Positions 38,112 to 48,293 of a DNA stretch of 64,000 nt are shown one piece after another. Source of the DNA: an uncultured Shimia sp. GTDB lineage: Bacteria > Pseudomonadota > Alphaproteobacteria > Rhodobacterales > Rhodobacteraceae. Under the pieces are notes generated by a model. It was not told the origin of the DNA. It did not search any database and saw nothing but the letters and a program-made list of their open reading frames with translations. Both the position numbers and the translations under genes were made by a program. The stretch lies in NCBI RefSeq assembly GCF_947493595.1, contig NZ_CANLRL010000004.1:143201-207200 (forward strand), read 5' to 3'. The first letter of the stretch is position 1. The number at the start of each line of letters is the position of its first letter.

Positions 38112-38803
38112 GCGGAGGCCTCAACCGCAGTCAAAGGCGCATCGATTTGACCATCCCGCAGGCGCACGACACGTTCACAGCGTTCAGCAAGTGTGTTGGA
38201 ATGGGTGACCAGCACCAGCGTGGTGTCGCGTTTGGCGTGCAGGTCAAACAGCAGGTCCATGATGGTTTCGCCGGTGGATTGGTCGAGGTTGCCGGTGGGT
38301 TCATCCGCCAGCAAAAGGCGCGGGGAAGGGGCGCAGGCCCGCGCAAGAGCAACCCGTTGCTGTTCACCGCCAGACATTTGGCTGGGGTAGTGGTCAGCGC
38401 GGTGGCCAAGGCCCACGGCCTCAAGCTCGGCTTTGGCGCGCTCTAGGGCGTCTTTGCGCCCGGCAAGTTCCAGCGGGGTTGCGACATTTTCAAGCGCGGT
38501 CATGGTGGGGATCAGGTGGAAGTTCTGAAACACCACCCCCATGTTTTCGCGGCGGAACCGGGCAAGGGCGTCCTCGTCCATTGCGGAGAGGTCATGGTCC
38601 AGCGCGGTGATAGTGCCGGAGGTGGCGCGCTCCAATCCGCCCATGAGCATTAGCAGGGAAGATTTGCCAGACCCAGAGGGGCCAACCAGTGCCAAAGTCT
38701 CTCCCGCCTGCACGTCCAAAGAGATGCCGTGCAAGATTTCTATGCGTCCGGCATTGCTTTCCAGCGCCAAAACCGCATCTTTAAGGGAGAGAATGGATGA
38801 CAT
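38108..38803 (-). CDS. ABC transporter ATP-binding protein (YbbA family)
   Basis: GPSGSGKSS, MSGGEQQRVALARA, LLADEPTGNLD. Confidence 0.9.
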   Translation of the reverse strand: MSSILSLKDAVLALESNAGRIEILHGISLDVQAGETLALVGPSGSGKSSLLMLMGGLERATSGTITALDHDLSAMDEDALARFRRENMGVVFQNFHLIPTMTALENVATPLELAGRKDALERAKAELEAVGLGHRADHYPSQMSGGEQQRVALARACAPSPRLLLADEPTGNLDQSTGETIMDLLFDLHAKRDTTLVLVTHSNTLAERCERVVRLRDGQIDAPLTAVEASA

Positions 38804-38818
38804 GAAAGAGGCCGCCTG

Positions 38819-39499
38819 TTGATGAATGTTTCCACCCTATATGGGGCGTCCAAACGCGTGGGCAAGGCGCTGACCTTCGGCATTTTAGTTGTTCCGGTAA
38901 CGGCTAGGTCGGCTTTGGCCGAGCCCGCGGTGATTGCGGCGCTGGGGGATAGTCTCACGCATGGTTATGGCGTGCCACAGGGAGAGGGTTTTGTGCCGCA
39001 GCTTGAAGGCTGGCTTCGGGCGCAGGGGCTGGACGTGATTGTGCAGAACTCGGGGGTGTCTGGAGACACCACTCAGGGGGGCTTGTCACGGGTTGGCTGG
39101 ACCTTGGGGCCGGAAGTGGATGCAATGATTGTCACCTTGGGGGGCAATGATGCGTTGCGTGGGATTGACCCGGCGGTGAGCAAGGCCAATTTGGCCGGGA
39201 TTGTTGAGGCCGGTCAGGTGGCGGATGTGGATGTGCTGCTGATAGGTGTCGAAGCACCGATGAATTTTGGCGCTGACTATAAACAAGCATTTGACGGGAT
39301 GTATGGCGAGCTGGCGGCGCAGTACGATGTGGCTCTGGCACCGGATTTCTTTGAGGCCATTCGGGATTTGCCAGCTGACGAGTTGCGTGCGCTGATGCAG
39401 GCGGATGGCATCCATCCAAATGTGCAGGGCGTGGCGCGGATTGTGCCGGTGCTTGGTCCCTTTGTGCAAAGCTTGGTCGAGCGTGCTGTGGAGGAGTGA
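38819..39499 (+). CDS. tesA: Arylesterase/thioesterase I (SGNH-GDSL)
   Basis: LGDSLTHGYG, NSGVSGDTT, LGGND, DGIHPN; divergent from the ybbA-like gene. Confidence 0.85.
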   Translation: MMNVSTLYGASKRVGKALTFGILVVPVTARSALAEPAVIAALGDSLTHGYGVPQGEGFVPQLEGWLRAQGLDVIVQNSGVSGDTTQGGLSRVGWTLGPEVDAMIVTLGGNDALRGIDPAVSKANLAGIVEAGQVADVDVLLIGVEAPMNFGADYKQAFDGMYGELAAQYDVALAPDFFEAIRDLPADELRALMQADGIHPNVQGVARIVPVLGPFVQSLVERAVEE

Positions 39500-39502
39500 T
39501 CT

Positions 39503-40114
39503 ATGCCGGGGCGGCTGTTTTTGGAAACCCCTATGACGAAAATTGGTCAGTGGGCTGGTCGTGAGATCGTTGGGGTTTCTGATGAACCGTTGCGCCGGAA
39601 CATTGCTCCGGGCCAGGAGATTGTGTGCCTGACTGCGTGTGGCTTCACACGTATGCGTTGGGGCATTGTTCCGGTTGGTCGTGTGAACGCCAGGGGGCGG
39701 CCGGTGATGGAGACAATTGTCAATGCGCGGTCCGAGACAGTGTTCGACAAGTCCGCGTTTGATGGCGTTGGGCGGGCTGTGGTGATTGTGGATGGGTGGT
39801 ATGAGTGGACCGGTGAGAAGCGCAAGAAGACAGCTTGGCGGATAACAGGCGCGGAGCCACTGGTGTTTGCGGCGATCACGGATCTGTGGATTGCGCCCGG
39901 AGGGCGGGAAGTCCACCAAGTCGCGACGGTGACCTGTGAACCCAATGGCGACGTGAAGCCAATCCATCACCGGATGGGGGTTCTTCTTGAGAAAGACGCA
40001 ATTGATTTGTGGCTCACTGGCACGCAGGAAGAGGTTGCGCCGTTGATGGTGCCTTGGCCAAACGGGCGACTGTCTATCGAAGAGGCCGCGGATGTGGATT
40101 GGGACGGCGCTTAG
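39503..40114 (+). CDS. SOS response-associated peptidase (SRAP/YedK/HMCES) homologue with Pro in place of Cys2
   Basis: MPGRLF (family MCGRF), RNIAPGQ, MRWGIVP, NARSET, DGWYEW, IHHRM; GGAGGAG RBS 6 nt upstream. Confidence 0.88.
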   Translation: MPGRLFLETPMTKIGQWAGREIVGVSDEPLRRNIAPGQEIVCLTACGFTRMRWGIVPVGRVNARGRPVMETIVNARSETVFDKSAFDGVGRAVVIVDGWYEWTGEKRKKTAWRITGAEPLVFAAITDLWIAPGGREVHQVATVTCEPNGDVKPIHHRMGVLLEKDAIDLWLTGTQEEVAPLMVPWPNGRLSIEEAADVDWDGA

Positions 40115-40890
40115 GCGGCGAGATCAATCCAAACGGGGACATGGTCAGAGGGTTTGGAGCGACCGCGTTCTTCTTTGTCGATCTGACAGTCTTGTAGCAG
40201 GTCCGCGCATTGCGGGGAGAGCAGGAAGTGGTCGATGCGAATGCCGTTGTTGCGGTTCCACGCACCCGCTTGATAATCCCAGAAGGAATACATGCCAGAC
40301 ATTTGGTTGCGGGCGCGGAAAGCTTCGGTAAAGCCGAGGTTTAGCAAGCGACGATACGCGGCGCGGCTTTCAGGGCGGGCCAAGGCGTCTTCCTGCCAGT
40401 CTTCTGGTTTGGCGGCGTCTTCGTCTTGCGGGATGATGTTGTAGTCACCTGCCATCAGAAACGGTTCTTCGGCAGCCATAAGCTCTTGGGCGCGGGCGTG
40501 CAGGCGGTCCATCCACGCAAGTTTGTAGTCGTATTTTGGACCGGGGCAGGGATTGCCGTTGGGCAGGTAGAGGCCGCAGACACGTACCGGGGTGTCGCCC
40601 ATGACGGTGGCCTCGATGTAGCGGGCCTGTTCGTCGATCTCATCGCCAGGCAGGCCGCGTGTCACATCCTCCAGCGGCAGCTTGGACAGGATCGCTACAC
40701 CGTTGAAGCTTTTCATGCCGTGGGTTTCGACCTGATAGCCGCGCTCTTCGAAGATCTCGCGTGGGAAGGCTTCATCAACGGATTTGATTTCTTGCAGCAG
40801 CGCAACGTCGGGCTGCGCCTCATCGAGCCAGCGGGGCAGGGTTTCGATGCGTGCTTTGATCCCGTTGATGTTGAATGTGGCGATTTTCAT
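40111..40890 (-). CDS. xth: Exodeoxyribonuclease III (AP endonuclease)
   Basis: MKIATFNINGI, LQEIK, YLPNG, AGDYNI, GIRIDH, PSDHVPV. Confidence 0.96.
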   Translation of the reverse strand: MKIATFNINGIKARIETLPRWLDEAQPDVALLQEIKSVDEAFPREIFEERGYQVETHGMKSFNGVAILSKLPLEDVTRGLPGDEIDEQARYIEATVMGDTPVRVCGLYLPNGNPCPGPKYDYKLAWMDRLHARAQELMAAEEPFLMAGDYNIIPQDEDAAKPEDWQEDALARPESRAAYRRLLNLGFTEAFRARNQMSGMYSFWDYQAGAWNRNNGIRIDHFLLSPQCADLLQDCQIDKEERGRSKPSDHVPVWIDLAA

Positions 40891-41066
40891 GGGCGCGCTC
40901 CTCACTGCTGGTCTGCGGTATCTATCCAGCCACAGCAGGGAACGGCAAGGTGGAAAGTTTGCTTGGTTCAAGGAGACGGGGATCTGGATTTTGCGAAATC
41001 GAAAACCTGTGGCAGGCTGGGGCCGGTACTTTCGACGATGTATTTGTTTGATGTGTTGAGGGTCAT

Positions 41067-41975
41067 GTGTCTGTTGTTTCGGTGCGCGTCCTTGGGGGCG
41101 TGGTGGTACTAAGCTATACTTTGGTCCTTACGGGAGCGGATGTGTTGATCAAGGTGATCGCGCAGAGCTATCCTGCGGCTCAGCTATTTGGTGTGTCTTG
41201 TATGGTTGTGGTGATGCTGAGCTTAGTTTCCGTAAGCGTGAAGGCGCATGGGAACATCTTGCGTGTAAGCGCGCATTTGCGAACACGGTATTCAGGTTTC
41301 ATGGTTTTACGCTGTGGGCTTGGGCTGTTGGGGGCCTTTGGGTTTTACCACGGTTTTCGGCTTTTGCCTTTGGCGGAAATGTTTCTGTTCATTGGGATGA
41401 TCCCGCTTGGAGTGGCGGTTTTGTCGGGACCGGTCCTGCATGAACCAGTACGGGCAACGGCTTGGGCAGCTTTGGCCGTTGGCAGTCTTGGTGTGGCATG
41501 TCTCTTTGTGGACGGTGGAAGCGTTTTGGGGAGCGGCCACGCGGCTGCCGTTGCGGGCTGTGTTACTTCGGCGCTTTCAATGGTGTTAGCACGGTGGATG
41601 ACACAACGTGAAGGCGGGTGTCTGGCGCAGGTGTTTTGGCCAAATCTCGCTGCGGGCTTGGTGATGCTGGCAATCCTGCCGTTTGTGGCCGTGCCCATGC
41701 CAATCTCAGATGTGCTGTGGGCATGCCTCTATGGAGCGGTGATGTTTGTGGCGCGTTGGCTGTGCATGGTCGCGCTCACTCTGTTGCCTGCCTACGTGGC
41801 GACGCCATTGATGAACATTCAGTTTGTGTGGGCGGTGTTTGTTGGCTCAGCCGTATTTGGCGAGAGCATCTCTGGCCCGGTGGTGCTCGGTGGCACTTTG
41901 GTTGTGGTAGGCGGGTTGGTGCTTGTGGCTGACATGGTGCCAGCCACAATCAAGGAACAGACCGTAGCCGCTTGA
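41067..41975 (+). CDS. DMT/EamA-family transporter
   Basis: About 10 TM with duplicated EamA pattern; GTG start with GAGG RBS. Confidence 0.8.
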   Translation: MSVVSVRVLGGVVVLSYTLVLTGADVLIKVIAQSYPAAQLFGVSCMVVVMLSLVSVSVKAHGNILRVSAHLRTRYSGFMVLRCGLGLLGAFGFYHGFRLLPLAEMFLFIGMIPLGVAVLSGPVLHEPVRATAWAALAVGSLGVACLFVDGGSVLGSGHAAAVAGCVTSALSMVLARWMTQREGGCLAQVFWPNLAAGLVMLAILPFVAVPMPISDVLWACLYGAVMFVARWLCMVALTLLPAYVATPLMNIQFVWAVFVGSAVFGESISGPVVLGGTLVVVGGLVLVADMVPATIKEQTVAA

Positions 41976-41977
41976 TT

Positions 41978-42301
41978 TTACATGGAGAAGCTGGTGCCGC
42001 AGCCGCAGGAGCTTGTGGCGTTGGGGTTGTTGATCACAAACCGTGCGCCAATCAACTCTTCGGTGAAATCAATCACGGCGTCTGTCAGAAAGGGCAGGGA
42101 CACACTGTCCACCAAGACTTTCTCGCCGCCACCTTCCAGCACAAGATCGTCGTCTGTTTGGGCATCGAGTTTGATTTCATACTGAAAGCCAGAGCATCCG
42201 CCGCCTTCTACAGCCACGCGCAGGGCTTGGCCTTGTTCGGCGGCGCCAATCTCAGCGAGACGTTCGAAAGCTCTTTGTGTGACTTTGGGCGGCAACTGCA
42301 T
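41978..42301 (-). CDS. erpA: A-type Fe-S carrier (ErpA/IscA, HesB family)
   Basis: GGGCSGFQY, IDFTEELIGARF, NPNA.SSCGCGTSF. Confidence 0.88.
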   Translation of the reverse strand: MQLPPKVTQRAFERLAEIGAAEQGQALRVAVEGGGCSGFQYEIKLDAQTDDDLVLEGGGEKVLVDSVSLPFLTDAVIDFTEELIGARFVINNPNATSSCGCGTSFSM

Positions 42302-42394
42302 GATATTTTGTCCTATTCGCGCGATTTGCCCGGTTCCTAGCGGGCATAAATTCCAATATAGAAGGGCCAAGGACAGGCTACAAGGACCACGCTT

Positions 42395-43534
42395 ATGCAG
42401 GCGCCCTATGCCTCAGATCCGGCACGCGCCAAGGGACGGCGTTTTCCGGAGGAGGAGAGCAGCTTCCGGTCGTGTTTTCAGCGGGACCGGGACCGGATCA
42501 TTCATGCGAGCGCGTTTCGGCGGCTCAAGCACAAAACACAGGTTTTTGTGGAGCATGAAGGTGACTACTTTCGTACCCGTTTGACACATTCGATTGAGGT
42601 GGCGCAGGTGGCGCGGACCATTGCGGGGGCGTTGGGTCTTAATCAGGAAATCACCGAAGCGATCGCGCTGGCGCATGATCTGGGGCACACGCCCTTTGGG
42701 CATACCGGTGAAGACGCGCTGCACGAGTTGATGGCGCCTTATGGCGGGTTTGACCACAACGCACAGGCGGTGCGGATTGTGACCTCGCTCGAGCGGCACT
42801 ATGCGGATTTTGATGGGTTGAACCTGACCTGGGAGACATTGGAGGGGATTGCCAAGCACAATGGGCCGGTGACGGGCGAGCTGCCTTATGCCTTGGCTGA
42901 TTACAATGCGCTGCATGATCTGGAGTTGCATACCCATGCGAGTGCCGAGGCGCAGGTGGCCGCGTTGGCGGATGATGTGGCCTATAACAACCACGATTTG
43001 CATGATGGGCTGCGTGCCGGGCTGTTCACGGAAGAAGAGATCTGTGCTCTGCCAATTGTCGGGGACGCTTTTGCCGAGGTGGATCGGCAGTATCCGGGAT
43101 TGGAAGCGATCCGGCGACGGCATGAGGCGTTGCGGCGGGTTTTTGGCGTGATGGTCGGGGATGTGATTGATACATCCCGGACAGCCTTGTCTGAGGTGGA
43201 TGCGCAGTCCGTGGAAGAATTGCGCGCTTGTGGGCGGCCTGTGGTGCAGTTTTCCACTGCGCTCTGGGCAGACCTGAAAGAAATTCGCGGCTTCCTGTTC
43301 ACGCGCATGTACCGCGCGCCCAGCGTGGTGAAGATGCGCAAAGAAGTGACCATTGTTGTAAAAGAGCTGTTTCCGCTGTTTTTGACGGAGCCCACATTGT
43401 TGCCTGCCCGCTGGCATACGGATTTGGCAAAATGTGACAGCGAAACCGCCGTGGCGCGCATGGTGTCGGACTATATTTCCGGCATGACGGACCGCTATGC
43501 GTTGCAGCAACATGAGCAGCTTCTGGGCAAGTGA
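42395..43534 (+). CDS. dgt: Deoxyguanosinetriphosphate triphosphohydrolase
   Basis: FQRDRDRIIHASAFRRLKHKTQV, RTRLTHS, AHDLGHTPFGH, DDVAYNNHDLHDG, DYISGMTD. Confidence 0.94.
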   Translation: MQAPYASDPARAKGRRFPEEESSFRSCFQRDRDRIIHASAFRRLKHKTQVFVEHEGDYFRTRLTHSIEVAQVARTIAGALGLNQEITEAIALAHDLGHTPFGHTGEDALHELMAPYGGFDHNAQAVRIVTSLERHYADFDGLNLTWETLEGIAKHNGPVTGELPYALADYNALHDLELHTHASAEAQVAALADDVAYNNHDLHDGLRAGLFTEEEICALPIVGDAFAEVDRQYPGLEAIRRRHEALRRVFGVMVGDVIDTSRTALSEVDAQSVEELRACGRPVVQFSTALWADLKEIRGFLFTRMYRAPSVVKMRKEVTIVVKELFPLFLTEPTLLPARWHTDLAKCDSETAVARMVSDYISGMTDRYALQQHEQLLGK

Positions 43535-43609
43535 CGTTGACGTGACGGATTGGGGTGATAAACCACGCCAAATCCGAAAAGACCAAAGACATATTGATAG
43601 GACGGTCTG

Positions 43610-45355
43610 ATGAACCTGTTTTCCGAGATCCGCGTAGCCGTGATCGACGCGCTGACTGCGATGCAAACCGAAGGCAAGCTGCCTGAAGGGCTGGACTTCA
43701 AAAACGTGGCAGTAGAGCCGCCACGCGACGCGTTGCATGGCGACATGGCGACCAACGCTGCGATGGTGCTGGCCAAACCTGCCAAAATGAAGCCACGCGA
43801 TATCGCAGAAGTGCTGGCGGCAAAACTGGCCGAAGACGCGCGTGTTGAAGTGGCTGAGGTGGCTGGACCTGGTTTCCTGAACCTGCGGTTGGCGCCGGTG
43901 CTGTGGCAGGGCGTGGTGAAAGCTGCGCTGGAAGGTGGCCAGAACTTTGGCCGCTCCGCCATGGGCGAAAACAAAAAAGTCAATGTGGAGTATGTCTCTG
44001 CCAACCCAACTGGGCCACTGCACGTGGGTCACACACGGGGTGCGGTGTTTGGCGACGCGCTGGCGTCTCTGTTGGACTTTGTCGGTTTTGATGTGACCCG
44101 TGAGTACTACATCAATGATGGCGGTGGTCAGGTCGATGTATTGGCGCGCTCTGTTTACCTGCGCTACCTTGAGGCGCATGGCCAAGAGGTTGCGTTCCCT
44201 GAAGGCACCTATCCCGGCGACTACCTGATTGAGACCGGCAAGGCTTTGAAGGACAAGGTTGGCGACGCCTATCTCGATAAGTCCGAAGATGTTTGGTTAC
44301 AGGATGTTCGCGTCTTCGCAACCGATGCGATGATGGAGCTGATCCGGGCTGATCTGAAGGCGCTGGGCGTGGTGATGGACAAGTTCTATTCTGAAAAGTC
44401 CCTGTACGGCACCGGCCGCATTGAAGCGGCGATTTCAGAATTGGAAGAAAAAGGTCTGATCTACGAAGGTGTGCTGGAGCCACCAAAAGGCAAGAAGCCG
44501 GAAGATTGGGAACCTCGAGAGCAGACGTTGTTCAAGTCCACCGAACATGGCGATGACGTGGATCGACCGGTGAAGAAATCCGATGGGGCTTGGACCTACT
44601 TTGCGCCTGACATCGCCTATCACTACGATAAGGTGGATCGCGGTTTTGACATGCTGATCGATGTCTTTGGTGCGGACCATGGCGGTTACGTCAAGCGCAT
44701 GAAGGCTGCAGTTTCGGCATTGTCAGATGGCAAGGTGCCCTTGGACATTAAGCTGACCCAGCTGGTGAAACTGTTCAAAAACGGCGAGCCTTTCAAAATG
44801 TCCAAGCGGGCCGGGACCTTTGTGACCCTGCGTGACGTGGTCGATCAGGTAGGTCCGGATGTGACCCGCTTTGTGATGTTGACCCGCAAAAACGATGCAC
44901 CGCTGGACTTTGATTTTGACAAGGTTCTAGAGCAATCCAAAGACAACCCTGTGTTTTACGTGCAGTACGCACATGCGCGGGTGTGTTCGGTGATCCGAAA
45001 TGCCGAAGCAGCGGGCATCACAGCGGATGACGCGACTTTGGCAGCGGCAGACCTTGGCAAGCTGGATCACGCGGCGGAAATCACAGTGGCGAAGAAGTTG
45101 GCCGAATGGCCCCGTCTGGTGGAAATTGCCGGTCGCACTAATGAGCCGCACCGGATCGCGTTCTATCTGTATGAACTGGCCGGTGAGCTGCATGCGCTGT
45201 ACTACAAAGGCAACGAGGACACTTCGCTGCGCTTTGTCCAAGAGGGTGACGCAGATACATCACAGGCGAAAATTGCACTCGCACGTGCAGTGGCCGTTGT
45301 TATTTCCGCAGGTCTTGGTATTCTGGGCGTAACTCCGGCGCAAGAGATGCGCTAA
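43610..45355 (+). CDS. argS: Arginine--tRNA ligase
   Basis: [37 protein letters not shown]. Confidence 0.97.
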   Translation: MNLFSEIRVAVIDALTAMQTEGKLPEGLDFKNVAVEPPRDALHGDMATNAAMVLAKPAKMKPRDIAEVLAAKLAEDARVEVAEVAGPGFLNLRLAPVLWQGVVKAALEGGQNFGRSAMGENKKVNVEYVSANPTGPLHVGHTRGAVFGDALASLLDFVGFDVTREYYINDGGGQVDVLARSVYLRYLEAHGQEVAFPEGTYPGDYLIETGKALKDKVGDAYLDKSEDVWLQDVRVFATDAMMELIRADLKALGVVMDKFYSEKSLYGTGRIEAAISELEEKGLIYEGVLEPPKGKKPEDWEPREQTLFKSTEHGDDVDRPVKKSDGAWTYFAPDIAYHYDKVDRGFDMLIDVFGADHGGYVKRMKAAVSALSDGKVPLDIKLTQLVKLFKNGEPFKMSKRAGTFVTLRDVVDQVGPDVTRFVMLTRKNDAPLDFDFDKVLEQSKDNPVFYVQYAHARVCSVIRNAEAAGITADDATLAAADLGKLDHAAEITVAKKLAEWPRLVEIAGRTNEPHRIAFYLYELAGELHALYYKGNEDTSLRFVQEGDADTSQAKIALARAVAVVISAGLGILGVTPAQEMR

Positions 45356-45445
45356 AGCTGCACGTTCGTCGGGGTTGAGGACTAGGCAAGACGACCCCGG
45401 CGACACCGTACAACTGCGGTAACGCGGACGGGCAGTGAGGCAAAA

Positions 45446-46465
45446 ATGGCAGAAATTCCGATGGGCGCGCACGGCGTTCCCAAAGGCGAATCTTCCAACG
45501 CGGCACTTTTGGTGAACCGCGCGGGAATGTTTGTATCTCTGGCACTGGTGGTAGGCACCGGTGTTTGGGGCTTTCAAATCCTATCCCGTGATGTAAGTGG
45601 TGTGCCGGTGGTGCGTGCCTTGGAAGGGCCAATGCGTATTCAACCTGATGACCCAGGTGGACGTCAGGCAGGCCACCAAGGGCTGATGGTCAATCAGGTT
45701 GCTGCCGATGGCAGCGCAGCTGGTCCAGCGGATCAGGTGATTGTTGCGCCGCCGCCAATTTCGTTGACAGATCGTGATCGGGTTCAGAATGCGCCGGTTG
45801 TGGTGCAGCCGACCCAAGAACGTTCGGCGGTGCCAAGTCTGGTTGAAACAGAAAAACTGACCGAGGTTGTTGTGCGCGCGCCAATTGAGCCCATCGTTGC
45901 GCCAGCCCCATTGGACGTGAGCACGCCGCTGTCGGTGGAAGAGTTGGCTGAGCAACTGTCGGCTGGGGCAACGCCTTTGGAGACAATTGAGGTTGACGAA
46001 GTCAAACCCATTCAGGTGGCTTTGAAGGAGCCGGAAGTTTCCGCGGATGTGGAACCTGCTGCCAAGCCCGAAATCAAAGGTGGGTTGAAGCGCTCATTGC
46101 GTCCGGTTTTGCGTCCCGCCAATCTATCATCACAGGCGCAAGGCACGCAGGTCGCGTCGATTGATGCGGCAGTACAGGGCGCCTTAAAAGAAGTCGATGC
46201 CGAGACCATTCCCGCGGGCACCCGTCTGGTGCAGTTGGGCGCCTACGCCAGCCCGGAGATCGCGCGGGCCGAATGGGACAAGTTGCAACAGCGGTTTGAT
46301 ACCTATCTTGGCGATAAGTCGCGGGTGATTGAAAAGGCGAGCAGCGGCGGGCGGGTGTTTTATCGCTTGCGTGCGATGGGCTTTGACACCGTGAGCGACG
46401 CGCGCCGGATGTGCTCTGCGCTGAAGGCTGAAAACGCCGATTGTATTCCGGTCACCACGCGATGA
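45446..46465 (+). CDS. SPOR-domain cell division protein (FtsN-like)
   Basis: N-terminal TM, Pro-rich linker, C-terminal VQLGAY...YRLRA.GF SPOR domain; conserved position after argS. Confidence 0.85.
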   Translation: MAEIPMGAHGVPKGESSNAALLVNRAGMFVSLALVVGTGVWGFQILSRDVSGVPVVRALEGPMRIQPDDPGGRQAGHQGLMVNQVAADGSAAGPADQVIVAPPPISLTDRDRVQNAPVVVQPTQERSAVPSLVETEKLTEVVVRAPIEPIVAPAPLDVSTPLSVEELAEQLSAGATPLETIEVDEVKPIQVALKEPEVSADVEPAAKPEIKGGLKRSLRPVLRPANLSSQAQGTQVASIDAAVQGALKEVDAETIPAGTRLVQLGAYASPEIARAEWDKLQQRFDTYLGDKSRVIEKASSGGRVFYRLRAMGFDTVSDARRMCSALKAENADCIPVTTR

Positions 46466-47445
46466 GCCGCTTCTGCGCCGCGATTTTTGGCTGTGATGGA
46501 TTGCGCCTGAGCGCTGCGGAAAAGACGTTTTTTCGCGAGGTGCAGCCGTTTGGCTTTATTCTGTTTGCGCGCAATATCGACACTGCGGATCAAATCCGCG
46601 CGCTGTGTGATGAACTGCGGGACTGCGTGGATCATCATGCGCCGATCCTGATTGATCAGGAAGGGGGGCGGGTGCAGCGCATTCGGGCTCCGCTGGCCTC
46701 TGAGTGGTTGCCGCCATTGGAAGAAGTGCAGAAAGCCGGATCCAATGCTGCGCGTGCGATGTACCTACGTTACCGCATTATTGCGCATGAACTGATGGCG
46801 CTGGGTATTGATGCGGATTGTGCGCCCATGGTGGATGTTGCGCGACCTGATACCCATCCGTTTTTACGCAACCGGTGTTACGGCGAGGACCCGCAGCAGA
46901 TCATTGAAATTGGCCGCGCGGTTGCTGATGGGTTGTGGGATGGCGGGGTCTACCCCGTTATAAAGCACATGCCTGGACATGGGTTGGCAGTGGTGGATAG
47001 CCACAAGGACCTGCCGCGTGTCTCTGTGCCAAAAGCGCAGTTGGAAGGCGATTTTGCACCGTTCAAAGCGCTCAACGATCTGCCAATGGGCATGACCGCC
47101 CATATTGTCTTTGAAGATATGGACGATGCGCCAGCGACCACCTCTCCGAAGATGATGCAGTTTATGCGTGATGAGATTGGCTTTGATGGGCTGATCATGA
47201 CGGATGACATTGACATGCAGGCACTGAGTGGCACCGTCGACCAGCGTGCTATGGCGGCAATTTCTGCGGGATGTGACGCGGTTCTGCATTGCAACGGCAC
47301 ATTGGCAGAGCGTCAGGCGGTGGCAGCGGCAATTGGTGAGATGTCTGAGGCTGGACAGCGTCGGGCTGAGGCGGTTCTGGCCGCGCGTCGCGCGTCCGTG
47401 CCTGTTGACATTGAAGCGCTTGCCGAGGAACTTAAAGCGTTCTGA
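46462..47445 (+). CDS. nagZ: Beta-N-acetylhexosaminidase (GH3)
   Basis: GFILFARN, IDQEGGRVQR, KHMPGHG...DSH, MTDD..M.AL. Confidence 0.93.
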   Translation: MSRFCAAIFGCDGLRLSAAEKTFFREVQPFGFILFARNIDTADQIRALCDELRDCVDHHAPILIDQEGGRVQRIRAPLASEWLPPLEEVQKAGSNAARAMYLRYRIIAHELMALGIDADCAPMVDVARPDTHPFLRNRCYGEDPQQIIEIGRAVADGLWDGGVYPVIKHMPGHGLAVVDSHKDLPRVSVPKAQLEGDFAPFKALNDLPMGMTAHIVFEDMDDAPATTSPKMMQFMRDEIGFDGLIMTDDIDMQALSGTVDQRAMAAISAGCDAVLHCNGTLAERQAVAAAIGEMSEAGQRRAEAVLAARRASVPVDIEALAEELKAF

Positions 47446-47468
47446 ACGGGCGCTTGACTGGCAGGGGC

Positions 47469-48293
47469 ATGGCCGAGACTGACCTAAACAAAACTCTACA
47501 GATGTCCTTTGGGGACGAGCAGGAGGAGATGTCCGTTGCCGAGCGAATGGCAGCGGAAGCTCTGATTGTGGATGTGGACGGGTTTGAGGGGCCGCTTGAC
47601 CTGCTGCTCACGCTGTCGCGGACGCAGAAAGTGGACCTGCGCAAGATTTCGGTTTTAGAGCTGGCCAAGCAATATCTGGACTTTGTGGAACGGGCGAAAC
47701 GGCTCAGGCTGGAACTCGCGGCGGACTATCTGGTGATGGCGGCTTGGTTGGCGTTTTTGAAATCTCGTCTTCTCTTACCGCCAGATCCAACCGAAGAGGG
47801 GCCGTCGGGTGAGGAGCTAGCAGCGCATTTGGCGTTCCAATTGGAACGACTGCAAGCGATGCGGGATTCGGCGGCAAAACTCATGGCGCGGGATCGGATG
47901 GGGCGTGATTTCTTTGCGCGTGGTGTGCCGGAAACGGTGGAGCGTGTTCGGAAAGTTACTTTCACCGCGACCTTGATGGATTTGATGCAGGGTTATGCGC
48001 GGTTACGTACACGGGACGAATTTCGCCCATTTATCCTAGATCGCGAGTCTGTGTTCACCATGGAAGAGGCTTTGGAGCGCATGCGCGGTTTGATTGGCTA
48101 TGCGGGGGCGTGGACCGATATTCTGAGCTATTTGCCCGTGGGCTGGGAAAATGATCCCAAGAAACGGCGTTCGGCCACCGCAGCAACCTTTGCAGCGTCG
48201 CTGGAACTGGCCAAAGAAGGCAAAGTGTTTATCCGCCAAAGTGAGACCTTTGCGCCGATAGAAGTACGAAAGAGGGACGGCAGGGATGAGTGA
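47469..48293 (+). CDS. scpA: Segregation and condensation protein A
   Basis: FEGPLDLLL, AADYLVMAAWLAFLKSRLLLP, TFAASLEL.KEG. Confidence 0.94.
   Translation: MAETDLNKTLQMSFGDEQEEMSVAERMAAEALIVDVDGFEGPLDLLLTLSRTQKVDLRKISVLELAKQYLDFVERAKRLRLELAADYLVMAAWLAFLKSRLLLPPDPTEEGPSGEELAAHLAFQLERLQAMRDSAAKLMARDRMGRDFFARGVPETVERVRKVTFTATLMDLMQGYARLRTRDEFRPFILDRESVFTMEEALERMRGLIGYAGAWTDILSYLPVGWENDPKKRRSATAATFAASLELAKEGKVFIRQSETFAPIEVRKRDGRDE

Noticed and set aside
35586-39499. ybbP-ybbA / tesA divergent module as novel
   Set aside because: This is a well-known conserved arrangement in Proteobacteria and shows no unusual features here.
42413-44185. 590-aa minus-strand ORF, and similar long antisense ORFs at 16190-17362, 18457-19830 and 30898-32199
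   Set aside because: They shadow well-supported genes (dgt/argS, leuA, MORN, gcvT). Stop-poor antisense frames are expected at this GC and codon bias, and they contain no motifs.
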